Shown here piece by piece: positions 1 through 6,216 of a stretch of DNA of 6,216 nucleotides (positions within the stretch are counted from its first letter, which is position 1; the number at the start of each line of letters is the position of its first letter). The DNA lies in assembly GCA_016748015.1 (NCBI GenBank), contig JAAOMT010000087.1, forward strand, positions 4,274-10,489, written 5' to 3'. The notes under the pieces were generated by a model. That model did not search any database and had not been told where the DNA came from. It worked only from the letters and a program-made list of their open reading frames with translations. Origin of the DNA: Geosiphon pyriformis uo1. Its lineage: Eukaryota > Fungi > Glomeromycota. A program made the position numbers and the translations under genes.

Positions 1-1
1 G

Positions 2-141
2 GTTGGAACTTCATTTGTGAAAGACTGCTTAGATTCAATTAAGACAGGTCCGATTCTATAAAACGACGAAACAAAGCAATACTAAACCTTTTTTTTATAG
101 TAATTGATGTTTGGAGACTAGTTGAACTTGAAAATTTTTAG
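2..141 (+). CDS. Possible 3' end of an unidentified upstream gene: exons <2-47 and 101-141, intron 48-100
   Basis: CAG|GT at 47/48, branch-like ACTAA at 81-85, a T-run and TAG at 98-100. Splicing gives ...VGTSFVKDCLDSIKTVIDVWRLVELENF followed by TAG TAG (139-144). The donor GTCCGA is weak and the peptide is not recognised. Confidence 0.33.
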
Positions 142-1519
142 TAGACAACTACTCTCAGTACTTTCACTTTTATTTAATTCGAGATTTCTTGGGACTCTTC
201 CTCACATATTAATTGATAAATCTTAATAAGAAAATCATAAAATAGCATGTTTGGATAATAAAAAGTTTTAGAACCTTCTCACAGTAAGGCATCTTTTCCA
301 ACCTTTAAAAATAAGCAGATCATGTTTGCTATGGAGTGAAAGAAAAAAAGTGGTATCACAACATGAATATGCTTTTTGGCTGGAAATACATAAAAAAGCC
401 TTCATGTTTGAGATTCTCTTTAATGTTAATGCCAGCAAGAATTTGTTTTTAAGAATCCAAAGTAGTTTAAAAGAAATTTGTTCTTATAATTGAATCAACT
501 TCATTTAAACATTAATCAATTAAAAAAAAAATTTATTCTCGCTCGAGATGTATAACTTTTATTGAAAGACTATGACAGAGGTATGCTGCTTGTCACATGC
601 ACATGCGTGTCATATGAGTTTCATATGTTTTCTTTACGAATGTGGTATATAAAATAAATTATCAGACTGTATGCATAGATTACAACAAAGCCAAGTGGAA
701 CACAAAGAAGGTGCTAACCATCTTTCGTAGTTGTCAGATGCAGCCCCAACAATAAATCCTTTCACAGTACATATCGCACTTACCTGATTGGACATCAGAT
801 CCCTCGTGATAATATCACTTTTGTCATCAGTCGCTTTTATTATTTCAAGTTTGACTGGCAAGGATCAATTTATTTATAAAACCTATAATAACATAACCCG
901 ATAAAGAATTTTTTATTTAAAAATGCGTTTGAATTAAGAGTTTCAATATCTTTATGTAAAGATATATGTATAATATTGTGACATTCCTAAATGTCAATGA
1001 ATGGTGAAAAAATTTGCAAACTAAGGTATAATTTTTGAACCAAGCTTTATTAATATTCCGGAATTTGAATATTAATATACGTGGGGAAAATATTTTTCTT
1101 TAAATAATTATTTTATTGAAGCTAAAATGTTCTTTATTCTGCCAAATTTTACATTTCAAAAATACATCATCTTAAAGCAAAGATGTATACGGGTTAGCTT
1201 CTATAAGTAGATTTCATCTAGCATACATTAATTGACAAAATCTTAAAAGTTTATATGCAAGTGGTCGGAAATCTTGAGTTAGTAGATATGCGTGCATTAG
1301 CATTATATATTCATATACTAATTGAGGTAAAAGATGCTTAAAACAGATAACAATCTTGAGTTAACCCAACTTTAGAATTTTTCATGTTAATCTATTAATA
1401 AAATTCACAAAGCAGTTTCCTAAATAATCGTTTAATTAAATTGGTTTTATCGGCTGAAATCTAAGATAAACATTACAAAGAAATTATATTAAGCTTGTTA
1501 TTAAGACTTTAAAGAAGGC

Positions 1520-2220
1520 AGCTAGGGCTAGCGAAAACCATCTGCAACCTTGTATTGAAATCGGCAATCACCAAACAGAGTGTAATTAAAATAGCAATAA
1601 GATAATGATAAGCCTAGTTAGCCTTTTTGCGGCTTTGATTTCTACCCGTTTAAGAATATAAATGAAGGAATGAACTTTCTAGCGTTTCAGATTTCTTCAG
1701 GGCCAGCCTTTTCGGGAATGTGATTATAGATTGAAATCCTAATTTAATAGCAAGACGAACTCTTCAATAATTCTTCCTTACACATACAAAATATTCAATC
1801 ATGCCTTCAACATCATCAATTGAAAACGCAACTTCACCCCTCGACTGGCTTGAAGGAGCATTGATTGTCATCAAAGAAAATTTGGCTAGTTTCCCAGCTG
1901 ATGAATATTCAAAAGTTGCTAACTTGGTGAAAAAATATCTTGAACGCAATCAGAAAAAACCTGAAAACTTATCAATCATTTGAAAAATAAAAGTTTAAAG
2001 CGTTCGATAGACTATGTTTTGCTCGGCTTTTCTTTAGAACATGGGATTGGAACTATCCCTAATTTAACAAAAGCATTTTTAGAATTTCAGAAAGCAGCAA
2101 ATGCAGAGGATTCTTTTGGACAATTATTTTTAGGTGATTGTTACAGCAATGGAATTGGTGTCTCACAAGATAGAGGAAAAGCATTCGAACTCTATTCAAA
2201 AGCAGCAGAGGTAGGACATT
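1520..2220 (+). repeat. Tandem segmental duplication, copy 1 (upstream region, 5' coding region and first two SLRs); partner is ~3240-3947
   Basis: Shared blocks GCTAGG..ATCTGCAACCTT, TTAGCCTTTT, CGTTTCAGATTTCTTCA.GGCC, CAAGACGAACTCTTCAA and CAAAATATTCAA, followed by collinear coding sequence at offset 1727/1728. The upstream boundary is approximate. Confidence 0.85.
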
Positions 2221-2732
2221 TAAAGGCACAAAACAATCTTGGATGGTGCTATCAAAAAGGATTAGGAACAATGAAAAACGAGGGAAAAGCATTCAAACTA
2301 TATTCAAAAGCAGCAGAGGCGGGTAATATAATGGCACAAAACAATCTTGGAGGGTACTATCAAAAAGGATTAGGAACAATGAAAAACGAGGGAAAAGCAT
2401 TCAAACTATATTCAAAAGCAGCAGATATGGGACATTTAAAGGCACAAAACAATCTTGGATGGTGCTATTAAAATGGATTAGGAACAACAAAAAATGTGGA
2501 AAAAGCATTCGAACTCTATTCAAAAACAGCAGAGGCGGGTGATCTAGACGCACAACACAATCTTGCAAATTGTTATCTAAATGGATTAGGAACAACGAAA
2601 AACGAGGAAAAAGCTTTTGAAGTCTATTCAAAAGCAGTAGAGGCGGAGAGTACAGGTGCACACATTTATTTTGAAGACTTCTATTGACGAGGATTAGGAA
2701 CAACGAAAAACGAGGAAAAAGCTCTACGCTAA
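1801..2732 (+). pseudogene. Disrupted paralog of the 3528 SLR gene (N-terminal cap plus about 6.7 SLR units)
   Basis: ORFs 1801-1983, 1980-2471 and 2496-2687 join into one gene. 47 of the first 57 aa match copy 2. There is a 1-bp deletion near 1972 (TTATCAAT vs TTATTCAAT in copy 2), in-frame TAA at 2469 and TGA at 2685, and repeat homology ends abruptly near 2723, followed by TAA at 2730-2732. Confidence 0.88.
2004..2723 (+). repeat. 108-bp SLR tandem array of copy 1 (unit starts 2004, 2112, 2220, 2328, 2436, 2544, 2652)
   Basis: GGATTAGGAACAA..AAAAACGAGG.AAAAGC and GCACAAAACAATCTTGGA recur at 108-bp spacing. Confidence 0.92.
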
Positions 2733-3239
2733 TTTAAAACACTCGTCATTTGTTTACAGGATTTATGTTACTGTGAACAAATTTCTTGAATTACAATCTG
2801 AATGCATTTCATTAGTTCCCTACCCCCCCTCCAATAATTTTTTATCGTTTGTTTGGATAAATATGAATAAATCCGGATAAATGATAAAACTGAATAATAT
2901 ATAGTAAAAGAGGCTTTTTTTAAATGTTTGTTAATTTTAAATTTAGAAAGTAACTTCTTAAAATCAAAGTTTGTATTTATATTGTTTCTCTTACAAAACA
3001 TGTCCTTATTCATCAAATTTTAATCACTATAAATGATATTAGGTCACCTTTGATAATCTTTAATTTTGAGATAATTATTCAGAGCTAAAAAAAAATGCGC
3101 ATATTGAAAAATTAGTTTAGTTAAAAAAAAATTGCTTGATATAATGCTTTTATTATCAAATTAAGCTCAAAGAAAACTTAATTAGCATTATTTTAGAAGA
3201 TAGATAAAATTTACTCATTAAAAAATAATTTTTGCAAGC

Positions 3240-3947
3240 GGCTAGGACTATCTGCAACCTTAGAACTTGATTATGCATTCAATGAGCTATTGAAACCAAT
3301 CAAAAGTGTTAAGTTTTCATTTAGCCTTTTACAGTCATTTGAGTTTCAGACGATCTCTATCAGTTTAAGCAATGTAAATAAGCAAATGAAATTAGCGTCT
3401 ATTTTCAGAACTTTCTACCGTTTCAGATTTCTTCAAGGCCTAGCCTTTTCGGGAATGTGAAATCCTTATTTATTAACAAGACGAACTCTTCAAAAATCTT
3501 TCTTTGCCCACACAAAATATTCAAATCATGTCTTCAACTTCATCAATTGAAAACGCAGTTTCACCTCTCGGTTGGCTTGAAGGAGCATTGATTGTCATAA
3601 AAAAAAATTTGGCCATTTTCCCAGCTAGTGAATATTCAAAAGTTGCAAACTTGGTGAAAATATATCTTGAGCACAATCAGAAAACACCTGAAGACTTATT
3701 CAATTACTTGAATAATAAAAGTTCAAAGCGTTCGATAGATCATATTTTACTCGGCTTTTCTTTAGAACATGGGATTGGAACTATTCCTAATTTAAGAAAA
3801 GCATTTCTAGAATTTCAGAAAGGAGCGAATGCAAAAGATTCTCTTGGACAATTCTTCTTGGGGCGTTGTTATGGTAATGGAATTGGTACTTCACAAGATC
3901 AAGGAAAAGCATATGAGCTTTATTTAAAAGCAGCAGAGGCGGGAGAT
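3240..3947 (+). repeat. Tandem segmental duplication, copy 2; partner is ~1520-2220
   Basis: Same shared blocks in the same order as in copy 1, with several indels in the distal noncoding part. Confidence 0.85.
3419..3527 (+). promoter_or_regulatory. Probable proximal promoter/5'UTR of the SLR gene, conserved with 1683-1800
   Basis: Noncoding sequence directly upstream of the ATG is well conserved between the paralogs, including CGTTTCAGATTTCTTCA and AGCCTTTTCGGGAATGTGA. Function is inferred from position only. Confidence 0.4.
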
Positions 3948-6216
3948 GTGACTGCACAAAAATCCCTTGGAAATTGTTATTTTTATGGATGGGGAACAAA
4001 GAAAAATGACGAAAAAGCATTTGAACTCTATTCAAAAGCTGCAGAGGCGGGACATTTAATGGCACAATACAATCTTGCAATTTGTTATGCGAATGGAAGG
4101 GGAACGATAAAAAATTCAGAAAAAGCATTTGAACTCTATTCAAAAGCTGCAAAGGCGGGTAATACACTTGCACAATACAATCTTGCAATTTGTTATGCTA
4201 ATGGAGAAGGAACGACAAAAAATTCAGAAAAAGCATTTGAACTCTATTCACAAGCTGCAGAGGCGGGACATTTAAATGCACAATACAATCTTGCACTTTG
4301 TTATGCGAATGGAAGGGGAACGATAAAAAATTCAGAAAAAGCATTTGAACTCTATTCAAAAGCTGCAAAGGCGGGTAATACACTTGCACAATACAATCTT
4401 GCAATTTGTTATGCGAATGGAGAAGGAACGACAAAAAATTCAGAAAAAGCATTTGAACTCTATTCACAAGCTGCAGAGGCGGGACATTTAAATGCACAAT
4501 ACAATCTTGCAATTTGTTATGCGAATGGAAGGGGAACGACAAAAAATTCAGAAAAAGCATTTGAACTCTATTCACAAGCTGCAGAGGCGGGACATTTAAA
4601 CGCACAATACAATCTTGCAATTTGTTATGCTAATGGAGAAGGAACGACAAAAAATTCAGAAAAAGCATTTGAACTCTATTCAAAAGCTGCAGAGGCGGGA
4701 AATTTAAACGCACAATACAATCTTGCAATTTGTTATGCTAATGGAAGGGGAACGATAAAAAATTCAGAAAAAGCATTTGAACTCTATTCAAAAGCTGCAA
4801 AGGCGGGTAATACACTTGCACAAATCAGTCTTGCATCTTGTTATGAAGATGGAATTGGAACGACGAAAAATGACGAAAAAGCATTTGAACTCTATTCAAA
4901 AGCTGCAGAGGCGGGAGATTTAAATGCACAAATCAGTCTTGCATCTTGTTATGTAGATGGAATTGGAACGACGAAAAATGACAAAAAAGCATTTGAACTC
5001 TATTCAAAAGCTGCAGAGGCGGGTAACACAATTGCGCAATACAATCTTGCAATTTGTTATGCTAACGGAGAAGGAACGACCAAAAATTCAGAAAAAGCAT
5101 TTGAACTCTATTCAAAAGCAGCAGAGGGGGAAAATTTAGATGCACAATACGATCTTGCAATTTGTTATGCTAATGGAGAAGGAACGACAAAAAATTCAGC
5201 AAAAGCATTTGAACTCTATACAAAAGCAGCAGATGCGGGACATTTAGATGCACAATACAATCTTGCACTTTGTTATGCTAATGGAGAAGGAACGACCAAA
5301 AATTCAGAAAAAGCATTTGAACTCTATTCAAAAGCTGCAGAGGCGGGAGATTTAAATGCACAAATCAGTCTTGCATCTTGTTATGAAGATGGAATTGGAA
5401 CGACGAAAAATGACGAAAAAGCATTTGAACTCTATTCAAAAGCTGCAGAGGCGGGAAATTTAAATGCACAAATCAGTCTTGCATCTTGTTATGAAGATGG
5501 AATTGGAACGACGAAAAATGACGAAAAAGCATTTGAACTCTATTCAAAAGCTGCAGAGGCGGGAAATTTAAATGCACAAATCAGTCTTGCATCTTGTTAT
5601 GAAGATGGAATTGGAACGACGAAAAATGACGAAAAAGCATTTGAACTCTATTCAAAAGCTGCAGAGGCGGGAAATTTAAATGCACAAATCAGTCTTGCAT
5701 CTTGTTATGAAGATGGAATTGGAACGACGAAAAATGACGAAAAAGCATTTGAACTCTATTCAAAAGCTGCAGAGGCGGGAAGTATACTTGGACAAGTCGA
5801 ACTTCGAACATATTATCTAAATAAACTAGAAACAATAAAAGATCACCAAAATGGATGGGGAACAGCGAAGAATCTAGAAGAAACATTTCAATTCTATATA
5901 AAAACAGCAGAGGCGGGAAATCAAAATGCACAGTATAACCTCGGATGGTGTTATCAAAAAGGATGGGGAACCACAAAAAAATTAGAAAAAGCATTTGAAC
6001 TCTATTTAAAAGCAGCGGGAGCAGATAACTTATGTTATCGAAGTGATTTTCCTGAATTGAATGTCCATAACCTTACTCTAGAGGATCAAGACAATCTGGA
6101 ATATATCATTTTACGATTCCAAAATCGAGGCTTTAAATACCCAGATAATCTGAAAGGAGAATTTTTAGATTTTGAAGCTTTCTTTGACCAGCTTTCAGAT
6201 GAATTCAAGTGTTTTA
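3528..6216 (+). CDS. Sel1-like repeat (SLR/TPR-like solenoid) protein, 3'-partial, at least 896 aa: N-terminal helical cap, 21 SLR units, then the start of a non-repeat C-terminal domain
   Basis: Hand translation from ATG 3528 (context AAATCATG; in-frame TAA upstream at 3474) gives MSSTSSIENAVSPLGWLEGALIVIKKNLAIFPASEYSKVANLVKIYLEHNQKTPEDLFNYLNNKSSKRSIDHILLGFSLEHGIGT... with no stop up to 6216. The repeats fit the SLR consensus AQYNLAxCYxNGxGTxKNxEKAFELYxKAAEAG. No intron is needed and no clear signal peptide is visible. Confidence 0.93.
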   Translation, partial: MSSTSSIENAVSPLGWLEGALIVIKKNLAIFPASEYSKVANLVKIYLEHNQKTPEDLFNYLNNKSSKRSIDHILLGFSLEHGIGTIPNLRKAFLEFQKGANAKDSLGQFFLGRCYGNGIGTSQDQGKAYELYLKAAEAGDVTAQKSLGNCYFYGWGTKKNDEKAFELYSKAAEAGHLMAQYNLAICYANGRGTIKNSEKAFELYSKAAKAGNTLAQYNLAICYANGEGTTKNSEKAFELYSQAAEAGHLNAQYNLALCYANGRGTIKNSEKAFELYSKAAKAGNTLAQYNLAICYANGEGTTKNSEKAFELYSQAAEAGHLNAQYNLAICYANGRGTTKNSEKAFELYSQAAEAGHLNAQYNLAICYANGEGTTKNSEKAFELYSKAAEAGNLNAQYNLAICYANGRGTIKNSEKAFELYSKAAKAGNTLAQISLASCYEDGIGTTKNDEKAFELYSKAAEAGDLNAQISLASCYVDGIGTTKNDKKAFELYSKAAEAGNTIAQYNLAICYANGEGTTKNSEKAFELYSKAAEGENLDAQYDLAICYANGEGTTKNSAKAFELYTKAADAGHLDAQYNLALCYANGEGTTKNSEKAFELYSKAAEAGDLNAQISLASCYEDGIGTTKNDEKAFELYSKAAEAGNLNAQISLASCYEDGIGTTKNDEKAFELYSKAAEAGNLNAQISLASCYEDGIGTTKNDEKAFELYSKAAEAGNLNAQISLASCYEDGIGTTKNDEKAFELYSKAAEAGSILGQVELRTYYLNKLETIKDHQNGWGTAKNLEETFQFYIKTAEAGNQNAQYNLGWCYQKGWGTTKKLEKAFELYLKAAGADNLCYRSDFPELNVHNLTLEDQDNLEYIILRFQNRGFKYPDNLKGEFLDFEAFFDQLSDEFKCF
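3732..6029 (+). repeat. Coding tandem array of 21 SLR units with 108-bp period (unit starts 3732, 3840, 3948, 4056 ... 5676, 5784, 5922)
   Basis: AAAGCATTTGAACTCTATTCAAAAGCTGCAGAGGCGGG and close variants recur every 108 bp. Units at 5352, 5460, 5568 and 5676 are identical except the last codon of the fourth. The unit at 5784 is 46 aa long. Confidence 0.96.

Noticed and set aside
272-493. Stop-free stretch of about 70 codons on both strands
   Set aside because: No recognisable motif, convincing start or splice context.
634-861. 75-aa minus-strand ORF as a gene; faint likeness of TRDLMSN to RNA polymerase Rpb3
   Set aside because: TTG start, no recognisable domain, and similarity far too short and weak for such a conserved protein.
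1270-1363. 12-bp direct repeat AATCTTGAGTTA at 1270 and 1352
   Set aside because: No terminal inverted repeats or other element structure between the copies; insufficient to call a mobile element.
2469-2687. Alternative genetic code (TGA=Trp, as in many Mollicutes) rescuing copy 1
   Set aside because: Trp is encoded by TGG throughout, one of the stops is TAA, and a frameshift and truncation remain.
1764-2703. Minus-strand ORFs 1764-1949, 2059-2292 and 2401-2703
   Set aside because: Antisense shadows of the copy 1 pseudogene.
2768-3016. 82-aa minus-strand ORF
   Set aside because: K/N/I/F-rich composition typical of chance ORFs in AT-rich DNA.
2004-3732. Offset between paralogs is 1728 bp, exactly 16 x 108
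   Set aside because: The intervening DNA (2733-3527) has no repeat remnants and the upstream regions differ by indels, so this is treated as coincidence.
3948-5783. CRISPR-like appearance (a constant ~35-bp block alternating with variable sequence)
   Set aside because: The intervening segments are homologous to each other, the period is exactly 36 codons, and the array is one open frame encoding SLRs.
3787-5994. Minus-strand ORFs 3787-4188, 4198-4620 and 5689-5994 and plus-strand ORF 4957-5139
   Set aside because: Antisense or off-frame shadows of the SLR repeat gene; their periodicity derives from the 108-bp unit.

Overview
AT-rich, eukaryote-like DNA, most consistent with a Glomeromycotina (arbuscular mycorrhizal-type) fungus; this assignment comes from family resemblance and is unverified. 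The window holds a tandem pair of paralogous Sel1-like repeat (SLR) genes on the + strand. Copy 1 (1801-2732) is a pseudogene with a 1-bp frameshift, two in-frame stops and a truncation. Copy 2 starts at ATG 3528 and stays open to the window end (at least 896 codons); it is missing from the ORF track, presumably because it has no stop here. It encodes a ~68-aa N-terminal cap, 21 SLR units (108 bp/36 aa) and the start of a non-repeat C-terminal domain. Its central repeats are almost identical at DNA level yet vary at a few fixed helix-A positions, and they show type mosaicism, a 216-bp higher-order unit and a fused repeat. This looks like a recombination-diversified repeat receptor, analogous to the high-internal-conservation repeats of fungal NLRs. 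The first ~140 bp may be the spliced 3' end of an unrelated gene.
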